The position numbers were made by a program, and so were the translations under genes. This document shows, piece by piece, positions 32,119 through 48,458 of a stretch of 64,000 nucleotides of DNA. The stretch covers positions 89,776,001 through 89,840,000 of the forward strand of contig NC_043003.1 in assembly GCF_006345805.1 (NCBI RefSeq), written 5' to 3'. Under the pieces are notes generated by a model that was not told the origin of the DNA, did not search any database, and saw nothing but the letters and a program-made list of their open reading frames with translations. Each line of letters begins with the position of its first letter. Positions within the stretch are counted from its first letter, which is position 1. The stretch is from Octopus sinensis (Eukaryota).

Positions 32119-35100
32119 TGTTGTGGAAAGATCCTGAGCACCCCCACATGACTGAAAGTGGACGAACACATTTCAATAAAACAAAGAAACTGTGTGAACT
32201 GTGGATAGTTGACAACGTTGATCATCCATATTAGTAACTGTGTTTGTTTAATATCATAACTACATTTGGAGTAGTACGGAGGGTGTTCTGTGTGAACATA
32301 TTAAATCTGCAAAAGGTTAATCTAGATAACTGTATTCAAATATTTATTTGGGTAATACTGTTCTTACATCCAACGTGTACATCTCTTGCCATAACATTTT
32401 TGGTGATGAGATATTAGAACCCATGCTGGACAGATTGTTGTTTCCATTTGGAAGATTTACTGGCTTCAGTAATTGCAAGAACAGCAGCAAAAACAACAAC
32501 AGCAGTTGTTGGAATTGCAGAAACAACAGAAACAGCAACTGTTAATAGAACCGCTACTCAACAAAACAGAAAATGCATCAAGTTCATTCACCTCTGATAC
32601 AGTTGCAAGCTCCATCAGAAAGTTTGCACATAACCCAAATGAGGGTACTACCTTTCCTGCCTACTTTTGAAGGTATAAGTAAATTTTTTAAAGAAGAATC
32701 CTCCAGCTGACAAGATGAAAAATCCCCGACTTTTGTTGAGAAAGTTGGTACCAGCTGAGCATAAAAAATATTGCAATTACATATTACCAAAGAGACTGGG
32801 TGAAGTCTGTTTTGAAGAAGCTGTGGATATTCTATCAAAAATTTTTAGCTAAAAAAGCTCTTTATTTAATACGTGTTGGCAATGCATGAATATTACAAAA
32901 AAGAGGTCAAAGATTTTATTACATACACTAGAATCATTAATAGGGAATGCAAGAGATTTAAAATTACTGAATCAGTGCTAGACATGTTTAAATGTTTAAT
33001 TTAATGTCAAAAAAATCCTCAGAAAATTTGTAACTGAATTCTGAGTAAATTAGAGCAGAATCAGAAGCTAACACTACAAAAAATATCTGAGGAATGCCAA
33101 AGAATAATAAACCTAAGACATGATACAAAAAGTAAGAAACTGCTCATATATACAATTGCTGCAACCAAAAGTAAGTAATGAAAACCAGAAAATTAAACAA
33201 TGTTTTGGATGTGAAGAATTACACTATAGATTCACCTGTCCTTATAAAAATCAAAAATGCTTCAAGTATGGTAAGACAGGTCATAAAAATCACACTGTAA
33301 AACAAAATCTAAAAAGGGGTTCAACAGAAAAAATTCTGTAAACAGTTTATTAGTGACAAGAAATACAAGCGAGACTCAAAGGAAATTCGTGTATGAAAAA
33401 ATTAATTATACAAATATAAAATTACAGTTAGATACAGGTAGTGACATTACTTTAGTTAATGAAAACACATGGAAAAAAATCAGGAAACCTACACTACAGA
33501 AAAGCTAGAAGATTGCACATAGAGTCTTGGGAACTAAATTAATATTTTAAAGGCGAAATTATTTGCAAAGTTGTTTTTCACAGTAAGACTATAAAGCAAA
33601 AGCTTATGTATTAAAAAATACAACCAACCTTTTTGGAACTGACTGGATGGAAATGTTCAACTTATGAGATTTACCCATAAATAATATTTGTAAAAATGTA
33701 ATGGGGTTGTATACCAGTTCAAATAGAGATTTAGAAAATTTAAAAAAAGAAGTGAAAAGGTTGTTCCCTGATGTTTTTCAGACGAGTTGGATTGGTGTAA
33801 TAAATTTAAAGCCAAATTTCAGAGAAAAGAAAATTCATTACAAGCTTTCAAATCCAAACATAATGTACAAAGCACCCACTACACTCATGGAGTGGTTGGC
33901 GTTAGGAAGGGCATCCAGCTGTAGAAACACTGCCAAACCAGACTGGAGCCTGGTGCAGCCTCCATGGCTTACCAGACCCCGGTCGAACTGTCCAACCCAT
34001 GGAAAACGGACGTTAAATGATGATGATGATGGATATGATGCTTGCAGAGTGTGACTTTGTGATGGCCTACCTGGATGATATATTAATCAAAAGTGAATCC
34101 TGTGATCAGCATGTCGAGTGTGTAAAATATGTTTTTGAAAAAATAAGAGATTATGGTTTCACATTGAATGAGGAGAAATGTGAATTTTTCTTACCTAAAA
34201 TTAAGTATTTAGAACAAATCATTGATAAAAATGGTTGTCGACCAGCTCCATCGAAGGTAGAAACAATTAAAAATATGACCCCTCCAACAAATATATGTAC
34301 CTTACAAGATTTTTTGGGACTTGCAAACCATTATCAAAATTATATATCAAATATGCACAAAGTAAGGGCTCCATTAAATAATCTATTTAAAAAAATGTAA
34401 AGTGGTATTGGTCTGAACATTGTCAGATGTTCAACGAAATAAAAATGATATTAACATTTAATTTGTCTTTAGCACATTTCAATGCTGCAGTGGAGATTGT
34501 AGTAGCTTCAGATGCTAGTGAGTACAGTATCAGAGCAGTAATGTTACATAAATACGAAAATGGTAATATGAAGGCCATGGTTCATGCCTTACATTCGCTA
34601 CTACCGGCAGAAAGCCAAATTGAAAAAGAAGCTCTAGTGATTATTTTTGCCATAAAAATTTCATAGATTTTTACACAGTAGAAATTTTCAACTACAGACT
34701 GATCATTGTCTATTATTAACTATCTATGGGTCGAAGAAAGGAATCCCTCCTACCCATACTACTAATAAGTTGCAATGCTGGGTTACTATATTACTAAATT
34801 ACAATTTTAAGATAGAGTTTATATCCTCTAAGGAATTAGGACACGCTGATTGTTTATGAAGATTGATACCAAAGAATACTGAACCATTTGAGGATACCAT
34901 GATTGCAGCATTGTGAGTGGAAAATGAAATTAAAGATGTTTTATTTAATGTCATACATGAATAATCAGTTACATTACAAGACAAAATTAAAAGCAGAAAG
35001 CAATGAATTTATCAAAAATATGAAAGAAATGCTGAGGGTTAAAAGAGATAAAAATATGTGTTTTGTTAAACACAACACAAATTCAAACTTGCTCTCAATT

Positions 35101-35870
35101 TGTGCTAATGTAAGCACAAAGAGTCGTAGTGCCAGCCATACTACAGAAGCAATTGCTAAAGGAATTTCACATTGGTCACCCAGGGATTTTGTGAATGAAA
35201 TCATTAATGAGAAGTTACGTATATTGGCCAAGAATGGACTGTGACACTGAAGAACAAGTGAAAGTATGCAGAGGTTGTGTGCTAGCAGCAAAATCACCTA
35301 CCACAAAATGGCAACTGTGGTCAAAAACAGATATCCCTTGGTCCAGACTGCATGTTGATTATGCAGGTCCACTTAACGCTTCATATGGTAGACACTTTTT
35401 CTAAGTGGCCTGAAGTGCATAAGTGTGAAAAGTTGACATCTGCAGTTACAGTAAGTTTTTTACACAAATTGTTCACCTGATATAGTATTCCTGATACCAT
35501 TGTGTCTGATAATGGAACTCAGTTTACTTCAGATGAGTTCAGAAAATTTTGTAAAATGTTCATTATGGAACATATGACTGTTCTGCCATATCATCGTAGG
35601 TCAAATGGACAAGTGGAGCATTTTGTCGATACATTTAAGAGGGCTTTAAAAAAAGGCAAACAATGAAGTAACGGATGACCTAGCATTTCAACAATTTCTA
35701 AGAGTGTACTGAGTAACACCTAGTCTCAATACCCCATCTGGAATGTCACCTGCAGAACTAATGTTTGTTAGAAAGATTAGATCCATCTTTGACAAGTTGT
35801 TACCAAATAAAAAAAGAAAACCGGCAAAGAATAAATATAATTCATAATTTTTAAAGATAGGTGACTAAGT
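32119..35870 (+). mobile_element. Degenerate Ty3/gypsy LTR retrotransposon (K02A2.6-like); 5' LTR 32119-32396; no 3' LTR found
   Basis: LTR TGTTG...TAACA followed by PBS-like tggtgatgag. Gag-like FAHNPNEGTTFPAYF, protease LDTGSD, RT YLDDILI, RNase H SDASEY, integrase YVYWP..C..C, LHVDYAGP and SDNGTQFTS. Many stops. Confidence 0.9.
33868..34031 (+). mobile_element. RTE tail inserted in gypsy pol
   Basis: gcacccactacac...ggacgttaaa(tga)n. Confidence 0.9.
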
Positions 35871-35994
35871 TTTTTTTAAATTTATATTTCCATTGAAGTT
35901 TTTTATGCCCTGTTTGAGGTACCAACACCCAAACAACTTAAAACTATACATTCAAGTACCAGAAAAAGGAAAAGAATGGAAATACTGGAATTAG

Positions 35995-36117
35995 ACCCTA
36001 AGCAACATCAAAGGAAGATTAACCAGGAAGGTAGCTTTCACATGCAGCAGATGCACAGGGGCAATAAACACCACAGATGCTCAGAAAACAGACTCCATCA
36101 CATGCTGGGGGAGAAAT
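35995..36117 (+). mobile_element. Internal RTE fragment (end of Cys-rich finger)
   Basis: agcaacatcaaaggaagattaacc...tgcagcagatgcacagggg matches RTE ORF2. Confidence 0.75.
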
Positions 36118-36435
36118 ATTGCTGAGGTTCTAGGATGCGATAGATTATGCAGAGCTTCAAAAACAGCTCATCTATGAGTCTCTGGGATGAAGGGATGAGG
36201 CAAATCTGTTGAAATGTCACACAGGATCTGCTTGTCAGAGGTTGGCATAGGCAAGTATTTGAATTTGCACCTCGCAAATTCAGGAGAAGATATCTTGATT
36301 GAGTCCAGAGGAGGTTGCTCAGAGGATAAAACATTCAGGTCAATACTCACAGTGGATGCTAAAGAATTAACAAGCAGATGGGATAATGCATCTGCGGCAG
36401 TGTTTTGTGCACTGGAGATGTGTTGAATATCTTGG
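36118..36435 (-). mobile_element. Second gypsy pol fragment (RNase H end to integrase zinc finger)
   Basis: Minus strand DIQHISSAQNTAADALS...ILCDISTDLPHPFIPETHR*AVFEALHNLSHP. Confidence 0.8.
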
Positions 36436-38636
36436 TGAATTGCAATATAAAGTCAAGGTGTCAAGTCTCTCACAAGTCTGACTTAGGCAGACTGAGCAAA
36501 CTCATTCTGGATAAATATCTACCTACTATTCGCAGTAAGATCAAACTTAGCCTTTGGAAGAATACTCAAGGTGCATTGGATTGGTTTTCTGCCATTAAGG
36601 TCTGTAACAATAACAACAACAGCAATAATAGAAGTAAATTCATCCAATTTGATATACAAAATTATTACACTTCCATTAACCCTATTATTTTAAATAAGGC
36701 TTTAATTTTTGCTAGAAAATACACTAAATTAAGTATGGGTGAGATTAGGGTTATCTTAACAGCTAGGAAAACTTTAATAGAGTTTGATAATAAACTTTGG
36801 GCTAGAAAGGACACACCCAACTTGTTCGACATCACTATGGGATCGCCGGACTCAGCGGAAGTGACTGATCTAGTGGGGATGTATCTATTGGATAACATTA
36901 GTAGGGAATTCCCTGAATTAAAAGGAGGATTATATAGGGATGACGCTTTATTTTGTGTAAATAATACATCTAATAGGAGATTAGATCTTCTGAAAAAAAG
37001 AATAAATAAATTTTTTAAAAGTTTTGGCCTATCCATTATCATTGAAAGTGAAAACTATTCTGCTAATTATTTGGATGTCAATTGTAACATTACTAATGGG
37101 ATACATGAACCTTATATTAAACCCAATTCTAACCTAATATATATAAACCGTTCTAGCAATCACCCCCCTCAAATTAAAAGTGCACTAGTGCATAGCATTA
37201 GTCAGAGAATTTCTTGTTTATCCTCAAACGAGGACATTTTTAATAAACATTGTGATAGATACAATGCAGCATTGCTAAAAGCAGGCTACAAAAGTAAAAT
37301 ATGGTATATACCTAAGGGGAATCCTCCAAATGGAGGTGGAACTATTAGGAACAACGCCAATAGATTTAGGACAAACAATAATAACTATAAGAAAAGGAAA
37401 AATAGAATATATGAAAACGCCTATAATAATTATAGAGGTGTTGTTAACCTCGGAACGGTGGACGTTAGTTTAAATAGATCTGCGCAAATAGGTATTGGTA
37501 GTAATATTAATAATATACATATCAAAACTTATGGTAGATATGATAATAGTAAAGTTTACTTGCGTAATAATTATGGGAATATTGATATAGATAGACATAA
37601 CAATGACATTGGTAAGGATAGTAAACATATGGGTTGGTCAAGGAATAAGGTTTTTACTAAAAACAATAATTTGATAGGCAACCCTAATACTGATAAGGAT
37701 ACACTTTGGCTTATTATCCCATATGCAATGCAGATAAAAACAGACATAGTTAGAGCTTTGCATAATGTAATATTTAGGCACTTTGGTAAGGATAGGAATA
37801 AATTTAGTCATTTAATTAACAATCGTACTGTTAGAATAGGATATAGCATTACACATAATCTAGCCACCATCATCTCCTCTTTTAATAACAGGAAACTTGA
37901 TTGCTTCTATAAAGATAGAAAGTTGAATTTAGATAATAGAAATTTGCCTCTCTTTAATAGTAGGAACAATAAATCTTTTGTAGCTAACGGGAACAACCCT
38001 CTTATAAATTATGAGGGTACCGTACCTGCTAGGGAAAATATCAATGTAATAGATGATACTACTACTACCAATACTAGTACTATTGATAGGAATATCGCCA
38101 ATAATGTTAAATTAACTCATTCGTTGAATTTGGGTTTGGATGGTAATAATAATTGTAACACTACTAATGTGAATGGTGTTACAGGATTGGGGACCAATCT
38201 TGGGTTACCCCAACCTGTAAATAACTGTAATTTCAGAAACAGAAATAAATGTGTGTTTGGTAATCAATGCCTCAGGAAGGAGGTAGTTTACCAATGCACT
38301 GTGGATACACAATTTAGTAGTAGGGTGTATATCGGAGCAACTATGAATAGCATGAAACAGAGACTTAATTATCATAGATATACTTTTAGAAATAAAAATA
38401 GGATGTACTCTACAGGGTTAAGTGCATACATTTGGGAACTCAAAAGTAAGAACTTAGATTTTAGATTAAATTTGAAAATACTAACTTCGGCACCTGTGTA
38501 TAATGGAAAAAATAAAAAATGCTCTCTATGTATTAATGAAATTTTTTTCATTATCAAAGCGGGTAGGCATATTATTAATAACATAAATGAAAAAAAATTT
38601 TTTTTGCATTCACAAACTACCGTACACTTTTTCTAG
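36436..38636 (+). CDS. PLE reverse transcriptase-GIY-YIG endonuclease ORF (open for ~730 codons)
   Basis: QFDIQNYYTSI, MGSPDSAEVTDLVG, LYRDDAL, NYLDV, HPPQI, VYIGAT...R..H, CSLCINE. Confidence 0.9.
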
Positions 38637-40946
38637 ATTCAAATAGAACTTAGCATTTCTACTAGTGATATTTTAACTCCCTTCTGTATCTAATTATACT
38701 AGTGGTCTTCTACAATTCTAAAACATGCAACTTATAAATTTATAATTTTATATAATTTTGTAGCTACACATGTATAAAAATATATATATGTCCAGTATTA
38801 ATTGTTTTTTGAATGTGGGTCTTTTTGGGTTTTTTTTGTCTTGTTTTATAAGGGAAATACACTACGACAAGAAATAATATATTCATTTTGGTATTTGCTT
38901 TGTAATATGTGATTCTTGAAGTTTTCTAATATTACAGAATGTGTATGAATATCATAGTTAGATACCTGGTTTTAGATACTGTAATACTATTATGTAATAT
39001 ATGAGAGTCTATTTGGGAGTTTGTTTGTTTAGGTTGAGAATTTGGGTTTTTGTAGGTTTTTATTTGGCAGGCTTATATATTGTATATTTGGTGTATCTTT
39101 GTACTCACCTAAATTTGTATCTTATGCTATTTATTAATATTTACTCACATTTGGCTTTATAAATATTAGCAGTCTCTTATATATTTAGTCTATATTTGTA
39201 GTCTTCTGGATTTGTACATTATGTTATTCATCTATTCATTTTTTTACTCATTATCTACAGGTATAAATTTACACAATATTAGCCTGTATACTAAGTTTAT
39301 ATAAGTACTTTCTTCAATATATATCTTCACTTTATTTTATGTTATTTATTTACATATGTACTCTTTTATGCATATGTGGATATATGCATATTAGCATTAC
39401 TATATATTAGGTGTACCTGTACCTATGTATTTATCTGAATTTGTTTTCTATGGTATCTATCTATTCATTTAGTCATTTACTTATTCATTTATTTATTTAT
39501 TTACTTATTTAAGTGTAGATATATACATACATATCAATTATTTATTTTAATAATATATGGATACATGCATACTGGTTTGCACTTATATTATGTATGTAAT
39601 TTTAATTATTTCTTCTTATTTATTTTATCACATTTTTAACTTAAGTATTTACAATTTATTAACTTATAATTAATTTAATTTCTGTTATTTATTTATATAC
39701 AATTGTATTAGTAAGTCCCCCATTGATATTATTTAATGCCAAATCTTGGTAATTATTACATTTGTTATCTATGTGTCCACGGTTGCTTAAAAGTATATTT
39801 ATATATAAGTACTATGAATGTTTTATCGCGAGCCACATATGAAAATAGACGGTGCGTTTGTGTATATCTGCTGCTACACACGAGTATGTATATTTGAGTG
39901 TAATTCTATTAGTTCGTAGGTTAGGTTCCTTGATGGATAAATATTAATATTATAATTGGCACTGGATTTATTACGTAGTAAAGATATATATTTATACTAT
40001 AAAAAATTAATCTATACTTTATAACTTAGCGTACATGCGATTATAGCAAATTACGGTGAAATCAGTAAACGTTACGTTGACTACAGAAAAAAACGGTGTC
40101 ACATGCTGCGTGTACCCTGCGAAAATAACATTCAATGTCATGATATATAAATATATGTATCTTTATAACAAATATTTTATGGAAATATGTGAGTGGATCT
40201 ATTTGGTTAATTTAGTGGCATGCTTGTCGTTTTGAGAGGTTGGATGGCTGCATAGCTAGGATTATACCTCTTTTATTATTTATTTATTTATGTGTTTGAC
40301 ATTGTTTGTGGATATGTATGTGTATGAGTGTATGTGTGTGTGTATACAATAATTATGTATGTATGTGCAACTGATCTGTGGATGTGCGTGTGCGTATGTG
40401 CGTTTCTTGACTAACTAACCGTAAAATTTCTTTTGTGATTCAAATTTTAAACTATAAGCCAATCGAATTAATCTAGAATAATCAATATCAAGTGGACAGA
40501 ATAACCAGACTCATAGATATGTCGATGTCCGATGGATGTACTTGGTACAGACATAATTGTATCTATTATTATTATTATTATTAATATTAATAGTAATTTT
40601 TATTAACTTTTACAGGTTTATAATTTTATGAACTGAACTGTGTTTTTTTATTATTTTTCATGTATAGGTCTGATTTTAATTTAAATGTGAGTGTGCATAT
40701 ATTTTCCTGTGTGTTAGTTTTTAGAACTATTAGCCCAATATGTAGAATAACTGTGCTTATTAATATATATTGATATATATTTTGTTTTATTTTGTTTTGT
40801 TTATTTTGTATTATTGTATTAATGAGTATATATATATATATATATGTGTAGTATTATGGGTGTCTATGCACACGTTTTTATATTTTATATTTTTATATTT
40901 ATATGTATATAAAAAAATTTTTTTTCACACTTATAATAAATTAAAT

Positions 40947-41057
40947 TCTCTGAAGAGGCCGTGGGGCATCCTTGTTAATGTCTCATTTATACCTGCCTTA
41001 TATGGCTTATAGGTTAAATGAGGCATGCTTGCTCTTACTGCCGAAACAGCTGTCAGA
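40947..41057 (+). ncRNA. PLE hammerhead ribozyme with extended helix II
   Basis: TCT-CTGAAGA-GGC...GCC-GAAA-C-AGCT-GTC-AGA; predicted cleavage after C41054. Confidence 0.8.
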
Positions 41058-41352
41058 TATGATATAATTACATATATTTTATATTTTATATTTCTATTTC
41101 CTTGTCTAATTATATTTATAATATATTTTGTATAATGCCTTTACTGTTATGTAATGGTGTAATAAAGTATTGATTGGTATCATCTGATGGTTGATGTTTG
41201 ATTGATTTAAGTATGTTTCTCCATTTTCTAATTTTGTAATATATATATATATATGTATTTACTTGGAAATGGATGTATGGTGTTCAATTAAATAATAATA
41301 TAAATAATACATATATGTATACATATATACATATACATACATACATATATAT

Positions 41353-42925
41353 TAAGGGCTGTACAGGCCCTATACAGAGAGGCTTTCAGCAAGGTTAGGA
41401 TTGGCAACGAATATAGTGAAGAATTCTGGGTAGAAGTAGGTGTACACCAAGGTTCAGCCCTCAGTCCCATTTTATTCATCATAGTCCTCCAGGCAATAAC
41501 AGAGGAATTCAAAACAGGTTGCTCCTGAGAGCTCCTCTATGCTGATGACTTGGCTCTCAGAGCAAAATCACTACTGGAACTAGAAAAGAAATTTCAGGTG
41601 TGGAAGCAAGGATTAGAATCAAAGGGCCTTAGCGTAAATGTAGCAAAGACCAAAGTTATAGTAAACAGAAAGGCGAACTCAGCACACACACCCTCGGGCA
41701 GGTGGCCCTGCTCAATCTGTAGGAAAGGTGTAGGTAGAAACTCCATAAGATGTACCCACTGTAAGCTATGGACGCATAAGAGGTGCAGCAACATCAAAGG
41801 GAAATTAACTGATAAGATAGCTTTCATGTGCGGCAGATGCACAGGGACAATAGACACCACAGATACTCAGAAAACAGATTCCATCACACTCCAGGGGAAG
41901 AAACTAGAAGTAGCTGATAGTTTCCGCTACCTGGTTGATCAAGTTAGTAGTGGAGGTGGATGATCAGAGAGTGTCACCACTAGAATACGAATAGCGTGGG
42001 CAAAGTTTAGAAACTCCTACCCCTACTGGCGACAAAGGGTCTCTCACTCAGAGTGAAAGGTAGATTGTATGATGCATGTGTGCGAACTGCCATGCTTCAC
42101 GGTAGTGAAACTGGTTGTGACTACAGAGGACATGCGTAGACTTGAAAGAAATGAAGCTAGCATGATCCGCTGGATGTGTAATGTCAGTGTGTGCGCACGA
42201 CAGGGGGTAAGCACCCTGAGAGAAATGCTGGACATAAGAAGCATCAGATGTGGCGTGCAAGAGCAATGCTTGCGATGGGATGGTCATGTACTGTGGATGG
42301 ATGAGGAGAGATGTGTGAAGAAGTGCCGCACCCAAACAGTTGAAGGTATCAGGGGGAGAGGTAGACCCAGGAAGACATGGGATGAGGTAGTCAAGCATGA
42401 CCTCAGAGCACTGGGCCTCACAGAGGCAATGACGAAGGACCGAGATTTCTGGAGATATGCTGTGACTGCAAAGACCCGGGCTGCTTCCTGCACCAGTTCC
42501 GCATAGCCCCTGCCCATTCAAAGTACCTTGGATTTCATAACATCCCGCTGTGCTTGAGGAAACCTATTGAGTCAAGTACATGAACATTGAAATAAATATC
42601 AATGGAAATAGTAGTTGTGATACCTGTGCCGGTGGCACATAAAAAGCACCATCCGAACATGGCCGATGCCAGTGCCACCTTGACTGGCTTCCGTGCCGGT
42701 AGCACGTTAAAAGCACCAACCGATCATGGCCGCTGCCAAACTCCCCTGGCACATAAAAAGCACCCACTACACTCGCGAAGTGGTTGGTATTAGGAAGGGC
42801 ATACAGCTATAGAAACACTGCCAGATCAGACTGGAGCCTGGTGCAGCCTCCTGGCTTCCCAGACCCCGGTCGAACTGTCCAACCCATGCTAACATGGAAA
42901 ACGGACGTTAAACGATGATGATGAT
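41353..42925 (+). mobile_element. Older 5'-truncated RTE LINE
   Basis: RT motifs (LYADD), finger, 3'UTR, (GAT)n tail; stops present. Confidence 0.92.
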
Positions 42926-42993
42926 ATATATATATATATATATATATCATCATCATCGTTTATATATATATATATAATGTATATATATATATA

Positions 42994-43860
42994 TGAGCTG
43001 TGACTGCAGAGGACATGCATAGGCTTGAAAGAAATGAAGCTAGCAAGATCCGCTAGATATGTAATGTCAGTTTGCACAGATGACAGAGTATAAGCACCCT
43101 GAGAGAAATGCTGAACGTAAGAAGCATCGGATGTGGCGTGCAAGAGAGATGTTTGTGCTGGTATGGTCATGTACAACGGATGGATGAGGAGAAATGTGTG
43201 AAGAAGTGCCACTCCCAAACAATTGAAGGAATCTGGGGTAGGGGTAGACCCAGGAAGACATAGGATGAGGTGGTCAAGCATGATCTTCAAACGCTGGGTT
43301 TCACAGAGGCAATGACGAAAGACCAAGATCTCTGAGATATGCTGTGACTGCAAAGACCTGACAAATAACGTGAGTTCATAGCTGTTTCCGGCACCAGCTT
43401 CTCATAGCAGCCCCATCCCATCAAAAGTACCTTGGATCACAGGACAGCCTGCTGTGCTTGAGGAAACCTATTGAGTCAAGTACATCAACATCAAAATAAA
43501 AATCAAATGGAAAGTGTAGTCGTGATACCTGTGCCGGTGGCACGTAAAAAGCACCATCTGAACATGGCCGATGCCAGTGCTGCCTTGACTGGCTTCCGTG
43601 CTGGTGGTACGTAAAAAGCACCAACCGATCGTGGCTGCTGCTAGCCTCCCCTGGCACCTGTGCAAATGGCATGTAAAAAGCACCCACTACACTCACGGAA
43701 AGGTTGGCGTTAGGAAGAGCATCCAGCTGTGGAAACACTGCCAGATCAGACTGGAGCCTGGTGCAGCCTCCTGGCTTCCCAGACCCCGGTCAAACCGTCC
43801 AATCCATGCTAGCATGGAAAACGAACTTTAAACAATGATGGTGATGATGATGATGATGAT
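42994..43860 (+). mobile_element. Older 5'-truncated RTE LINE
   Basis: RT C-terminus remnant, 3'UTR and tail. Confidence 0.9.
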
Positions 43861-44511
43861 ATATATGGGTGTGTGTGTGTGTATGTATATATATGCATAT
43901 ACGGGTATCTTAACCTTTTTGATGCAACTCTACTCTATACTGTTTTCTCCTCCATCCTTCTCTAATTCTCCTTTTCTCTCCTTCACTCTCTCTCTCTTTC
44001 TCTCTCTCATTGCTCACATGTGACCATCATCCATCTTTCTTTTCCTGCATGGACATCCTAAGGACTGGACGTCTTCTATCTCTCTCTTGTATCTTTTCTC
44101 TTTTCAAAGAAAATATTTCTTCCAGTGTTTACTATCTTTCCCCTCGTTCTGGTCTAATGACCCATCTATGTTCGTTTTCGTTCGGTTTCCTTGTATGTCT
44201 CCAATGTCCTGTTTTTGTTCCTAACTTTGACTCCCCATAAAATTCAAAATGTATTTTGGAAGTTATGGAAACAACTATCTTCGAAGACTCATATTGTCAT
44301 CGAATGCTCGAAATGAGGAGTAGATAGACAGCCAACAACTGATGAAGGGTCGTTCTTTGTGTTACTTGTCCTGTTTTCAATATTTTTCTCTTGTTGTTTG
44401 CATATTTAACTCACTTGTTTTCGTATATCCTGTTGTTTACAGTTGGTGACGTCCTGTACCCATATATGCATACATACACACACACACACATATATATATT
44501 ATATATATATA

Positions 44512-45733
44512 CAGGGGCTAGACAAAATAATGGAAACACCTAGCATCACAGCATCATAATTTTGAAAAATCTATAAAAACGTCAAATTCTTGTTTACTTT
44601 TATATTTTTTTGATTTATTATTAGTGTTGCTAAATATGTTTTGCTAAAATTGCAGTTTTTTTTCAGATATCTGAAAAAGGTAATTAAAATTCATTAAAAT
44701 GACAGATCTATTGGACTTTCAAAGAGGTAAAATTGTTGGTGCTTGTATGGCAGGTTCTAGCATAACAAAAGCAGCCGAAATGTTTGGTGTATCAAGAAGT
44801 ACAGTCTCGAAAGTAATGACAGCCTCTGAGAAAGAGGGAAAAACCTCTACGTCAAAACAAAACTCCAGAAGAAAACCAAAACTTATGCAAATCGTTAGAA
44901 AGGATCACAAAAGTAAAGCTCATAAAATTACTGCAGAGCTTAATGACCACTTAAACTGTTTGCCAGGAGCTGCATAAAGCCGGATTTCGTGGGAGGGCTG
45001 CAATCAGAAAACCACTACTTTCAAAAACAAAGGTTGCAAAGCATTTAGAGTGGAGTAAAAACCTACAGAAATGGTGAGAATGTTATTTTCTCGAACAAGT
45101 TATCCTTTACCTTATTTCCAACCACCAGCCAAGTATACGTTTGGAGACAGCCAAAAGAAGCATTTGACCCAGACTACCTTCTTCCAACTGTTAAATATGG
45201 AGGAGGATCTGTGATGATCTAGGTGGGGGTGGGGCTATGTCTTGGAAATCTGCCCACCCAATGGTTTCTCTTCATGGCAGAATTAATAGTCAAGACTATT
45301 TAAGCATGTTATCTAATCAAATTCATCCTATGGTTGTGGAACTGTTTCCAGAGAGAAACGCAATCTTCAGGATGATAATGCACCAATTCACACAGCTAAA
45401 GTTGTTACTGAATGGCACGAGGAACATTCTAGTGAAATTGAACATCTTATCTGGCCACCACAGTCCCAGATCTCAATATAATTGAACATTTATGGTGCAT
45501 TTTAGAAAAACAAGTAAGGAGTCGATATCTTCCACCATCATCACTACAAGAACTGGAGGCTGTTTTAGCTGAAGAATGGACAAAAATTCCTTTGGAAACA
45601 ATTCAAACTTTGTATGAGTTCATACTTCGTAGAATTCAAGCTGTGATTACTGCCAAAGGCAGTCCTACCCCATATTAAAATAATTTTTGTTTGAAATTTT
45701 AAGGTGTTTCCATTATTTTGTCCAACCCCTCTG
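44512..45733 (+). mobile_element. Tc1-family DNA transposon, near full length, frameshifted transposase
   Basis: TIRs cagggg..gacaaaataatggaaacacct, TA flanks. MTDLLDFQRGKIVG HTH; QDDNAPIH and WPPQSPDLNIIEHLW motifs across frames. Confidence 0.92.
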
Positions 45734-45759
45734 TATATGTGTGTGTAAAATTATATGTA

Positions 45760-48328
<2,569 letters not shown>

Positions 48329-48458
48329 TAAATTACTTACATACATATATTATATATATATTATATATAATATATTATATAATATATTATATATATTATT
48401 ATATATTATTATATATTATATACATATATTATATATTATGAAATTCAGTCTATTGAAG

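Larger units (their letters stand above)
36436..41240 (+). mobile_element. 5'-truncated Penelope-like element with ~2.6-kb 3' region ending in a hammerhead-bearing pseudo-LTR
   Basis: RT + GIY-YIG ORF followed by a long AT-rich tail containing the hammerhead at 40947. Confidence 0.85.

Noticed and set aside
36405-36435. ATG start of the 743-aa ORF as a real PLE start
   Set aside because: These codons come from the antisense gypsy fragment; the PLE is 5'-truncated.
44280-44360. Hammerhead-like fragments (gctcgaaa; ctgatgaagg)
   Set aside because: Core elements are in the wrong order or incomplete and no fold is possible.
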